Origin: Hyphochytrium catenoides
Lineage: Eukaryota > Protista > Hyphochytriomycota
Direction: 5' to 3'
Length of the DNA stretch: 41,695 nucleotides
Assembly (NCBI GenBank): GCA_900088475.1
Contig: FLMG01002640.1
Location: forward strand, 1-41,695
The notes beneath the pieces are model-generated. The model ran no database searches. It saw nothing but the letters and a program-made list of their open reading frames with translations, and was not told the DNA's origin. A program made the translations under genes and the position numbers. This document shows, in pieces, positions 1 through 12,100 of the stretch (position 1 is the first letter of the stretch; each line of letters starts with the position of its first letter).

Positions 1-1997
1 TCTTCCTCCTGCTGCCTCCTCCTCCCAGCAGCAGCAGCAGTTAGCCCTCTCCTCCCTTCGTCGTCTTCAATCATCAGGAAGGTTCACCATCATCAAAAAG
101 ATCGGTGTGACTAGATGAGGTGGAAAGCTGAGGATATGCTAGAGCGTTGCGAGAGGATGGATTAGCCCATCTTGGGAGAAAAGGGCAGAGATGGAGGACG
201 AGACCGTGTGATGATCTCCCGCTGTGTCTCGTTCTCCGCAAAGGATCTAGATTCTTCTATTCTACTACTTTCTGGCATCATTTATTAGCGGGTGAAAGGC
301 TCAGGCAGTGCAACCAATAATAATGCTATGTCTCATTCGGCTGCTTGATACTCGCTGCTGCTGGTTGGCTACGTAGTAGCCCGCGGATTGGATCTTTACG
401 TCATCGCTGCTACCTTCTTCACCTGTCCTTCCTTTACATCCTAGCCACCTAATCTATTCTCTGCTGAGAGGAGAAAGATGCCTGGTCACAGGTTTTTGCT
501 CCTGCCTCCTTCAGCTGTCTAGCCCGTGTACTGACGCATCCTCCAATCGTCCCGGTCCAAGAGAATAGATGCCCACAAGTCACGGCATCTCTGTTGTGAC
601 TTTTGCTTACTTTAGCTAGATGAAGCTTCGCCGCGGCTTGCTCTCTCCCCTGATCTTCTCCTCTATAATTCTTCGCTCTCAACAGCTAACAATCGTCTCA
701 GATGCTTAGTTGGTTAGCTAACGACAACTAAGTTAATGTGAAAGCATCCAATAGAGATGGAGTGTTCATTTTTTTTCCAGCTGAGCTGCGCATTGCTTGT
801 CGCTATCTAGTGGTCTCTAGCAGGAGACCAAGAACAGTAAGCAAAGATCTGCCGCTGCTTTCTTTTAGTTTCCTGGAACATATAGCTGGGCTGCTAGTGT
901 CCACTAAGCCGTGGCAGAAAATATTTAACTTAGTCGCCGAGGAAGCCTCTATATGAAAACCCAAGGAGAAAGGCGGACAGGAAGAGCGAGATGAAGAGCA
1001 CTGGGCAGCTCTACGCTAAGACGGATCTAACTATCTGTTCGGAGGTGACGACTCTAAACGGCGTTGCAAGCACAAAGATGGTCTTCTTGCTTCAGCTCCT
1101 CGGATGGTCCTTATTATAGTTTGATGAAGGCATTGCATATATTCAATCAGTCTGATCTCTTCGCCGCTCGTCTTCGCCCTTTCCAGCTAATTCTCCGACT
1201 GGATCTGCGACCAGCAAGCTAAGCTCACCGACAGGCCACAAACTTTAGTCAAACTGCACTGCTTGCTTTGAACCTATGGTTCCCGGTGGCGCTTTCCGTC
1301 TGACAGTTGGTCATGTAAGGCGCGCCGTTAAATGATGGCAGGCAGGCTGGTGCCATAACTCATTCTCAAGTCGGTGCTATCGTGTACGAGGAAAGTGCAT
1401 GCGATTATTATAGTCAACTGTCTAGAGCTATAGACAAGCGCAAGGAAAGCCTCTCCGGCCACGTCTATTCGAGCTAAGCTTGATGGCCGGGCCAAGGTAG
1501 ATGAGGGAAAATAATGTGGATGTGCACTGGTACGTAGCGCATGGTAGGAGCACATCCATTAGCTACCAGCACTAGTTGCAAATAAGCCCTGCTACTCTCC
1601 TACTTTTTGCTACCACCACTAGTTGCAGGGTGAACCGCGTGGTTGAAGAGGAAGGTGGGCCGCATACAGTGCTCGGCAAGGAAGTCGCGAAGGATTCTGG
1701 ACTACTATGTATTAGAAAATATATTGAACAGCAATAGCAAGGGAGGAAGAAGCGAAAGGACTGACTCTCTCCGCGTCCTGCTTTTCCTTATGCCACCTAT
1801 ACTAACTCCTCTCTCTCCCTTGCTATGTCATACGAAGGGCCTATATCTACATACAGAAGCTGCTTCACGTCATAGGAAGGTCCAACTGGACAATCACCCT
1901 TCGCTTCTCCTGCTGAAAGTCGGAAATTTCCTGTCCGGCCTTCCTGATCCACCACCTATTCCATAGTCTATAATGCTTTGTTGTCCGCTTCATGCGC

Positions 1998-2396
1998 TTA
2001 TCTTGGTAGGTTGTGTCTGGTGTCCAAGTCCACACCGAATGGCGCAAGGGACAGCCGCGCCAGCTTGAGATGCGCGTATCCAAATGGAATACCGATAATC
2101 GTGATAAACATGAACAGGGCCCATAGAAGGTGATTGACCGCCAACAATAGCCCAATTGGGAGCCACAGAATGTTCATGCAACAGGAAAGACCCCTGCCAA
2201 AGCCAAACGGTCTGGTCTCGATGTGATGAGAGAAAGGTAGGAGAGAGAGCTGCGCAATCTTGAAGCATTGCATGCCGAAGGGGATCAGGACGATGGTAAT
2301 GCAGAGTATAAGTCCAATGAAGGCCCAGAGAAAGAATGACTCGATGCCTCCAAGAAAGAGCCAGAGAACGGTGAGGAGAAAGTTTACGATGCGCAT
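1998..2396 (-). CDS. yccF: YccF/DUF307-family inner-membrane-type protein, intronless, 132 aa
   Basis: Single ATG-to-stop ORF with two internal YccF repeats: 'LWLFLGG...ILCITIVLIPFGMQCFKIAQLSLLPF' and 'MNILWLPIG...FITIIGIPFGYAHLKLARLSLAPFG'. Confidence 0.9.
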   Translation of the reverse strand: MRIVNFLLTVLWLFLGGIESFFLWAFIGLILCITIVLIPFGMQCFKIAQLSLLPFSHHIETRPFGFGRGLSCCMNILWLPIGLLLAVNHLLWALFMFITIIGIPFGYAHLKLARLSLAPFGVDLDTRHNLPR

Positions 2397-2929
2397 GGTT
2401 GTGGCTTAATGTGGTCCTTAGCTAAGGCCTTCCCGTTTCTCTCTCTTTGTGAATTGCTGGACCTGGCGCCCTCGTAGCCAGTAGCTTGGAGTCTAGGTTC
2501 CCAAACTGCAAAGTGAAGATGCGATGAACTTTGTAAATCTGGAAGTAAGGACTGTTGGTCGGGGCGCTTCAGCGGGCCGCCGCCTTCGGGACGAACACTG
2601 TTAGGACGCAGAGCCAACCTAGTGCCGCCAACTTACTGCGGCTTGGAAGAGTGCCTGTAGGATGACCCCTGTGGCTGCCAATGAGTGCAGGAGAGGAGCA
2701 GATGGCCCGATAAGCTTGTATTAGCAGATAACATGAGCGCCTTGTCCAGGAGTAGTTCTAGCTAACCGGCTACATTTATGGTTCCAACGAACATGCATAC
2801 ACGCCACGCTGGTACTATGTAAACCTCTGCAGTGCCTTCCTGTTCTTCCTTCTTCGACCAGCGGGAGTTGCTCTTCCACTGGGCACATAAGGAGATGAGA
2901 AGTGGCAAAGAAGAAGAGCTGACTTCCTA

Positions 2930-3330
2930 ATGCCCTGTCATGGTAGCCCGCCCCGCCGCCTCTTCTCCTGGCTTGACCCTTTCATCTCCTGTTCCTTCCT
3001 CGCTTACATACTTCCCAGCTTCCTATAGTTTGTCGTCTGCAGCTCGCCCGACCAGATAGCAGACGCTGCTTTTGCACGCAGCTGTCAGCAAAGAATCGGG
3101 GCCAGGACAGGCGGAGGCAGAAGGAAGAAGCTGAAGCTAGCAGCATCGCCAGACAGGCAGCAGCAGCAGCAGCAGTGTGCAAGAATGTAGAGAGGAGGAG
3201 GAAGACGGCAGCCGCGAAGAAGAGAAAGACAGCAAGGAAGAAGAAGAAAGAAGGGAGAACAGCGGCACAAAGAAGTAAGAAGAGAGAGAAAATCCTGAGG
3301 GGAGATCTTTCGAGACGATCTAGGGCATGA
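2930..3330 (+). CDS. Putative two-exon small basic protein (104 aa) with N-terminal CxxC...CxC; not in the ORF track
   Basis: Model: ATG at 2930, exon 1 2930-2942, intron 2943-3028 (gtagcc...polypyrimidine tract...tatag, phase 1), exon 2 open to TGA at 3328-3330. Translation MPCHVCRLQLARPDSRRCFCTQLSAK...RRRKTAAAKKRKTARKKKKEGR...RRSRA. No recognisable homolog, and the purine-rich low complexity could give an open frame by chance. Confidence 0.25.
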
Positions 3331-4099
3331 AGAGACAGAGTGAGGATAATGGTTGATAGTATTAGGGATACGCGGATAGAGGTTATGAAGCGAGGACAAA
3401 GAAAAGGAGGAAAGGAGAGTTGGACAAGTCCTGCATAATCCAGGTAAGGCTAAGACAGAGGTTTTAGTACTGGGCAGACAGAGGTGAGCTATAACGTACT
3501 CAAAGCCTAGTCTTTCTCAATCTGAGGTATGACACTTAGTGATCACTAGATATAGGAAATAGGGCTACGGTAGGACATGCTCTGATCAAGGACTGCGAGG
3601 GGCAAAAGCTAGAAAAACAAAATAAATAGGCCAAGTGTGGAAGGTTACCGGCTACCGCCAAATCTGATTACCGTTTACTTGATCCTCCACCATAAGATTT
3701 ATGTATGTACAGTGAAGATTTGCCTAGGATTTACCCTTTATCACCGCACTTAATGCATAAATCTAGCGTTACCGGTCCACTTGGGCGTTACTCTCTGACT
3801 GAGAGGTTGTGGGAAGGCTGACAGGCAGGCAGGGCAAGCAGCAGGTAGGAGAGGGAAGGAGGAGCAGAGGCAGCACCGTTGCCGCCCGTCAGACGCGCCA
3901 GAGGCCAGAGCCAGCCGCAGCGTGACAGCGGCGTCAGTCACTCAGGACAGTGACAGCTACAGAGATCCGTCTCTAAAGCCTCAGTCTAGGAGAAGTTAAG
4001 GCCTAGAAGGCCTCGTAGTAGCCACGTTACACAGAAGCTTGGATCTCTTGAGTCTTCAAGCTATATCACAGCCATAGCTCTGACACCAAAGCCCACAAG

Positions 4100-5805
4100 A
4101 TGAAGGCATTGAACCTAGGATGCTCCCGGCTCCTTGCAGGGCTTTTGGCTTTGTGTGGTGAGTCCTACGCTGATGTACCTTTCCTCAGGCTTAACTGCTA
4201 GAGACGTTCTGCCAAAGGCACTGTCGGACCATTCAAAAGTCTCTCATCCTCTCTCTTCTCGTACCTCTATTCCCTCCGTTTTCTTGCATCTGCGCCTTCT
4301 CACTCATTGGTTATCGCGATCATGTTATAGCTTTTCAGAGGGCAGACGCTGGCGGCTATTGCGGTCCAAAGCCTGGATCTACGTTGACTTCTGAGAAACT
4401 TATGGATTATCCGGTAGATCGAGTGGTGGGCGGAAAGCCGACTTACGTTTGCATTGGCTTTAATGGGTCGGACTCTGGTTTTGCTGATAAGATGGCGTTC
4501 GTACCGACTGCTGACGCTTTCACCAGGATTAACGTCACAGGCTGTAGGTTACTTTGTCTCGCTCTATATCCTCCTCGCTACTCTGTCTTTGAGCTCAACG
4601 CCTCAGTGAGTCTGATGGCTTCCCCCGTGCATCTTTCTCTCGGCTGTCTCTCTCGATCTTGGTTGGCTCCAACCTGGGGAGAGTGAATTCAGAGAGGATC
4701 AGAATCCGTCATCTTCTCCCTGTGGCTGCTCTCTATCATCCTCCTCTTGTTACGGCCGTTTCTGAGCTAGTCTTTATAAATGATCTTGGTCATCATTTGT
4801 TAATTCTGCTTCCATTGTTCTCTCATAGCCTCTCCTTCCTTTTCATCCAGGCCACTAACGATGTCTCCTGCTGATGTCTCTCCTCTCTCGCTGTGACTTC
4901 ATCTTTCTCTCGTATCGTTTCTCCACGCTATCTGGTCCTCCAATTGTTCTTTCTATCCTTTCGCATGGCAGCGTATCAGAAGTTTATGGCCAAGAGCACG
5001 CAGCGTCCATCGTCCTTCAACAACACATTCCTCTATGTTCAGAGCTTCAACGTCTCTTCTTATTATAAGATCTTTATAGATCGTAACGCCAACTCTTTCA
5101 CTGACCTGACGGCTGTTATTAACGTCAAGGACGGCATTGTCCAGTCTATCACGTGGGACGAAGGCTGTCTCTTCTGTGTGGAGGGGACGCCACAATGTAG
5201 CGTATCTACCTACCTGGAGCCTCAGAGGGGTTATGACCTGAAGACATTAGGACTGGACTCGCAGTTTGGGAATGGCAAGAGCTGTCTGACGCCTGTGGAT
5301 CAATGCACCACGAATGGCAAGCCGAATGTGCTCTGTGATCTCCGGGTAAGAAAAGCGAAAGGCCTCACGCCAGCTCAAAGGCAGCGTCATCACTTCGACA
5401 AGTTGCTCTTCGCCTCCTTCTGCTTACTCAGCCATCTTGTCACTCCAAAATGCGTCTTAACGCTCTTCGTTCTGCTTTCTTGTTCAGTTCGTTGTTCTCA
5501 TTGCTCCGATGACTCTCCAACGGTAACTTATTTGTTTGGCTCTCTCCCTTGTTGTCCGCCTCCAATAGCTGTATGTGACGTGGACGGGCACAGACGCCGA
5601 TGGGCGGCATCTTGTCAGCGCAGCAAATCGCTTCTCGCAATTTCGGGCCTACTCTATTAGCTCTTACTACGATCAGGCAATCAACATCTTCAAAACGGAG
5701 ATTATTGACATTAGTGACGCGATCGCTGGCGGTACAAGCGCACCGACTCCTGCGCCCACCGCAAGCAACCCAGTCGTGAATGGCACCTCCAATAGCACGC
5801 TCTAG
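4100..5805 (+). CDS. Uncharacterised secreted cysteine-rich protein (signal peptide; about 4 exons)
   Basis: ATG 4100 MKALNLGCSRLLAGLLALC|AFQRADAG (signal-peptide-like). Phase-consistent GT-AG joins lead through 'ITWDEGCLFC...CDLR|LYVTWTGTDADGRHLVSAANRFSQFR' to TAG at 5805. Several NxS/T sequons and a Ser/Thr/Pro-rich tail. Confidence 0.8.
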
Positions 5806-6176
5806 GCTGCTTTTTATTAACCAAAGACAGGAAGTTGCAGATTGCAAAGTTGCCATATAATAAAACTAAGGAAGTCCATTGTGTGCAAGAAGGAAAGCTA
5901 AGCAGATTTGTACAGAGACTCCCTACGACACTACAATGTGGAAGGATTGCCTTACAACTAACTAACGACTGGAGAAATGCTCCTAATACAGACTATTTGT
6001 AGCATCTTGATAAATATTGGACAGAAATATCTCTGTCTGACCACGGTAGGCATCTGAGAAGAGGTCTAGAGGATTGGAAGCAACTTCCTAGATGCAAATA
6101 GTGTCCTCGCAGCCCTTACAAGAGCCTCATTATTCGAACCTGTCGTGGCTCCGATGTGGAAGAACTCGGTATCGAG

Positions 6177-9100
6177 CTAAAGACCTGGTGAGTGGAGTTG
6201 ACGAAGGAAGGAGAGTGCGTCCCAGTTGTTGGTCACGTGACTAATTTTGCCAGCATCGTTGATGGAAAAAACGGCAACACCTAAGTTGCAGGCGACAGTA
6301 GGAGACGGGTTATGTTAGAGGACAAGGAAGAGCACAGCCGAGCCTGACAATCCAACGGAACAGCGCAGTCGAAGAGGCAATAGATGCAGTCTAATGGGAA
6401 GTGGATGAGGTTCACAAAGAAGTTTGGTCCTCCAGTTGACAGTACCCTAATCATTGTTTATTTATCTGCTGTCACCTCACCATTAAATCTGGCATCTCTG
6501 CTTCTCACATCAAGTTTGCCATGGTAACTTCCACAGGCTTGCCAGTCTACACGAACCTGAGAATAAGAGGAAGCAATTAGACAGCCTGTTGGCTAACAAT
6601 GCGGAGGAATGTTTGTCTCATGCTGCCTCTTACCGTACTCTTTTCGGCCTCCACCTTTGTATACCGGATGCTGAGTCCTCCTATAGCTTTTCGGATCCTC
6701 TTCACATACCGATGCAGACCCTCAGAACCTTTGAAGACTCCACCAGCGTTGTAGTCATACAGTTCAATGTGGTCCACGTCAATAATAGCCCTTATGTCCT
6801 CGGACTGAGGTTTTTATGAATAGCGTTAGAAGGGATATGTTGTTCGGCTATAAGTTGCCTGTAAAGCGTTACTTCGATGGACGTAGATACTCATAAAGAA
6901 CAGTGGAGCACAGAGGTAAGTGATACTGAGAAACTCCGACGCGGCTGACAAAAGTATTAGAGGAAATCTGTACCAGTCCGAGTTCTTACCAATAACTCCT
7001 CCTTGGATAGGTCATGGGATGAAAGGAGCTCATTCATCAGAAGTAACACCTTCATCTTGACATGATTTTCCTCCTACATGACTGGGCTTAGTAACTAAAT
7101 ATGGCTGATGGATTAACTCCGGAGAGCATATGGCTGATGGACTAGCTTCGGGGAGCATATGGCTGATGGCAGCTACAGAAGGAGGGCGGTTGTATATGAA
7201 GTATATTTACCTTGAAGTTGCTTTCCGGTGTCGGTGGTTGGCTTCTCTTCCGCGACAGTGGCGATACAGGGCTTCGCACAAGTTCTACCTCCTGTCTTTG
7301 TTTGATCAGTTCTTCGATCACCTAGCGAGATAAGTCCGCCGGCAGAGAGCATTCAATGAGTAAAGCGATAGTCAGAGTCTCACAGTAAGGGTTGAAGGCG
7401 AGCCTGTTCAAGAAAGGTGGCATATAATCCTTTGCAAGACAAAAGCGTAACTTTGACGTTATACGATGGACCCCTAACTGAATCTCAGTGTTGCCACATG
7501 GTGGTCCCCAAACTTTACCTCAAAGCCTCCAAGCTGCTCCATATACGTCAAGACGTCCCACTTCCAAACTGCCTCCTTGATCTTGCCGCTCACAGGGTCG
7601 AACTCCACCATCGCCATACCACCTAAATGCAGCACTAATTAGTCGCATCTCCCTGTGTCATCCTGAAGGCCCGCTGTCCCAAGTGCCATTATCTTTCGCA
7701 GATGACATCAGAATGTCCTAATAACTCCTCCACAATCAAAGCGTGATTCTTACCGGTTGACACCTCTCTAGGCTCCAACAGGTGCTGTGCATGGATCATC
7801 CACATGAACATGGTCTACACACAAAGACCTTAAGCCTAGCTCCGTCACACGAGGCAGACGAAGACATCGCAAACGAGAGGTCTAGGAGCTTGCAAGAAAG
7901 GCTTCACAAGCAGCACCACGATCTACCTTATGATCTTTTAGGATTAGACCTCTGTCTATCTCAATGCGCTTCGGAAGGTGGACGTACTGGCCCATTCTCT
8001 TCCTCTCTCGCTTGATTGCCTCAATCATGGCGTCGATACCTTGGATAACGGTAGACCCCTGACAAAACGTGGAATAGGACGAAGCCAAACCCCAGATCTT
8101 TGGTCAGTTCTACATTCAGTGCGTAGAATAATAACACACAGCGTTGTTAAAAATGAGGGCATACAGGGATTAAAATGAAGTAGCTGTTGGGATTCGCTGC
8201 GTTTGATGGAGATTGCTCTATACAAAAAGCATAGTCTCTTACCGGCCTTGGAGTTCCTGTTCCTGAGCGCTTTATAATAGTCTCTCTAATGATGGAGGTG
8301 AACGGCATTTGGAGACGACAGTCTGCGATAGAACACCAAAAAGAGCCAAGAGGGACTTAGGTTGGATAGAGAGGAACAACGCTCGTAACCTTCTTTTTAG
8401 ATAGAAGCCTCTCGTCAGCTTGAAGTTAAGAGTCTCGCATGGAGAATGAGCTCATGTGAAGGATGGCGAACTATCAAAACGAGTGAATGAGCACTTGCGC
8501 CAAAGAAGAAGACTTAGAAGTACCAAGGAGTGGGAATACAAGCGGATCTCAGAAAGGATATACTGTACGCTGACGAACCTTGTGCGAGAATCTCTTCCCA
8601 CTTTTCTCTGTCCGTCACACACCAAGCACGATATTGAAAAAGCAACTCAATTTTTCTCTTCAGGCTCTTCATGTCTAAAGCTGAATTTCAATATAAGCCA
8701 TAACTGCAAACTAGAGAGAGACCAAACGGACACACTACAGAAGAAAGACACAGACCCACGACCACGAAACGCGTCAACCCTAGTGGTTGGAAAAAAACAG
8801 GACTCAGACAGAGTTAATGGTACCACCTAAGGGCAAGAGATTTTCCCCGCTGCTCGAGCTCCTTGGTAGTATTGCATCGCCGTCGGCTTCAAACGCATTA
8901 AAAGCCATGAACTTCGGGTCACTACAGAGAAGTGGGGCGGCATTCACCATAAGAGAAAGTGATTGCAAACAATGGCAGACTTCGACGCCACAAATAGAGG
9001 AGAGGAGTATGGACGACCCAGGCCTTGATATGCACCTTTCCACTCGTTGTTTGCGGGCTAATCTGGCACTCGTACTTTGCCCAGTTTCAGTGGGTGGGGC

Positions 9101-12100
9101 CCGATCAAGTTTCTTGTCGTTCCGAACTTTGGGAGGCTCTATCTGCTTGGAAAGCTGTATGGGAAACCGAGACGGTGAAACAGGCGCAATAGCGGTTAAT
9201 AGAGGTTTCATCCTTACCAATTTGTCGAATGAAAGTCCTTTGAAGAAGGGGTGATTTTGAACTTCTTGCGGACCATTCCTACCCAACCTCTTCGCTGGGT
9301 CCTTCTCCAGCAAGCAAACGATAAGATGCTTAGCGTGCTCTGATATCTCGGGGGCCGGTGGAAACTCCACCGAGCAGTTTGCGATCTGAAGGGGAGGATG
9401 GTTTCGACGTCAGACACGACCAACAACCATCGGTACGCGTATTGCCCTGGGAGTTCGAACATTGAGAACGTTCTTGCTTCCTCTTGGCTTAAGATGACGC
9501 CACCAATCTTATCTTCTTTCCGAGTCCGGTGACCCGGAAGCATATCTAAGCTGAACCCTCTCTAAAAATGTATTCACCTGGTAAAAAGTGCGGGAATATT
9601 CCAACGACGAGAAGGGCGTCCTCCCGTATAACATCTACAGAGTGATATTAGAAGCAGTGGGGTGATAATAGAGCTCGAAATAGGGCGGCAGCAGTATGCA
9701 GTGCTACTGAGGTGTCTCAGGGTGTTGTCCTTGGCTACTTTCTGGCTAAAACTCACCTGGTACATCAGAATGCCCAGAGACCACCAGTCAACTTCCTTTC
9801 CGTGGCCCTCTCTAGACACTAATTCTGGTGCCTGAGGTATTAACGTCAGAAAGATGGAGCAAATGGTGCTTCAGCAGATTCCGACACTCCACCGATAGCG
9901 ATCAAGTTAAAGAGACAGATAGCACAGCTAAGTAATGCGAATTAGCAGACCAATTGCCCCCTTCTCCTCACCATGTAATCTGGTGTTCCCACGATTGAGA
10001 CCAATCGCTCTCCACCCTTTCGCTTCCGCGTTGCCGTCCCAAAATCGGTCAGTACCACATGACCTTACAAGTCGGTGAGGTGGAGAGCATGGAACGTTGA
10101 ACGGTAGACGCAGTTAAGCTTCACCATCTGAGCCAATTTTTAGACTATATGAACTTACCGTCGACTCCAAGGAGAATGTTTTCCGGCTGCAATAACGAGG
10201 AGGCGTTTAGCCAAGACCAGGGACGGCGAGAGAAAAATGGATAAGGGTTGCAGTGAAGGAAGAAAAACATAAATAGCCACTGTAGTAGAGGCAACAGCAA
10301 AACGATATAATGAAAGTTATCGCACCTTCAAATCCCTGGCAGACGCGGAAGCGGGTTTCGTCGAGGAGACCAATAGTCAGTCAATGTGAGGTAGGCCAGG
10401 GGCCGGTGGACGGTACAGATAGAGGGGTTATGCAAGGACAAGGTCGTGAGGAAGTCTCGATGGGTAAAGTCTGTAGGTCTGGGCTGTGTCTGACCTGTAC
10501 ACTACTTCCTTTGAATGGAGGTAAGCAAGAGCCAGAGTAATCTCCGCAATATAAAACTCAACAGCACTCTCGGGAAGACGATATCCCTCTTGCTTCTCTA
10601 AAAGGGAGAAAATGTCACCTCCTCTGTGACATGGCGGGAAATGGGAGACGTCAGGGTCAGACAAGTTTCAGGCAAGGTTTTCTAGCAGGGTACAAATGCA
10701 GCCCCATAGTTCGGACACATAATTGGTATTTTTTATAAAAGAAGACACTCACAGCTTTCCTGGAAACGGCTGAGCGATATGGTGATAAGGTAGCTTAGTA
10801 GTGATACAGAAGGAAGTCAACCTGTACGGTGCGAGGAGCTGAGAAGACAATCTCTTACCCTACGTAGTCCTGTACGAGAAAGAGTCGGGTGGAGTCCTGA
10901 AAGGCGTAAGCCAGCCGAACCACGAATGGATGATGGATGCTCTATGCATGCGCCGTTAGTAAGTAGAGTCATGCTGAAGGCACACTACACTGGAGGGATG
11001 ATAGGTTGAAATCAGATCTGCTGGAGCTAGGATAGCTGATGGCAACGAAGGGTTTCTTTTTTACAGTACCTGCATAATGTCGTTTTCTTCAACTACTCTG
11101 TTTATGACATCCGTACGGGCAATGAATGCCTTATCTAATATCTTGATTGCGTAAATAATCCCAGTGTCTTTCTTGACGGACATCCACACCTGCATCGGAA
11201 AACGTCAGGACCTTCTAGTCCAGTGCATACCAATCCCCATCCCACCCTTTACCGGACATTTCAGTCCTCCTAACAATTAACCGCGGCCCGAAATCCGTAC
11301 GAAGTCATCTTCCCCTACTATAGTGATTCGACTCTGCCCTGAGCACTTCACACTAGTGCTTACCTCTCCATAAGCTCCTTTGCCAAGCCGTTTCAGTAGT
11401 TCAAACTCATGCCTCACATTCTAAAACGTCAAAAGTAAGTGGCGGCACATACAGGATTTTTACAATCGGCGTTAACGCCTTTGAAAAGAAGTGAAGTCCG
11501 TGAGAACCAACTAAAGAAATTATCGTAAGGCAAAGGACAAGGTACGGAGCTCGAGAGCTGGACCAAAAGAGTCATGCCATTGAAAGGATATAGGTAGTTG
11601 AAGTATGAAGTTCGTATGGTGTCTTCGTGAGTATAGTCCGGATAGCTTACTCTTATTGTCGCCTGTATAAGGTCTCCTTTCTTCAGATTCAGGCTAGGGC
11701 TTGCGTGGAGATGGGCACTCTCCTCTTCAGAGCTAAGCTTAGAAGAGAAAAAGATTGCTCTTGCTCCGAACATTAGGAGAAGAACCACCATCAAGTACCA
11801 GACTGACCAAATGAACCGGTAGACAGCACGAATGGGATAAAACACGGCATCAACGACGGCGCTTAGGTTCGCTAGGCCTAAGGGAAGAAGCAGTCCTTTG
11901 ACTCTAACGGACAAGAACATGAGAAGGCATTAGCCAGACAATAGAATTCAAGTGGTTGCTAACAGATCCCACCTGACGTGGCTGTCATCAACATCATCTT
12001 CATCGTCAGTTGGGTGCTCGAATATGTGGACAAGGTGCATTAAAACAGCCGTGCTGACGACCACGACAGCTATTACTTCTGTCATTGGTAGCTGTTGCGA

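Noticed and set aside
7099-7169. CRISPR-like repeat-spacer pattern
   Set aside because: The 'spacers' resemble each other, the repeat is only 13 bp, it lies in a eukaryotic intron, and there are no cas genes. It is an ordinary tandem repeat.
11421-11577. Pair of GC-AG introns flanking a 32-nt exon (11479-11510) before the kinase domain
   Set aside because: It is frame-consistent, but canonical phase-0 GT donors (for example at 11476, 11544 and 11562) solve the join equally well. This cannot be decided without transcripts.
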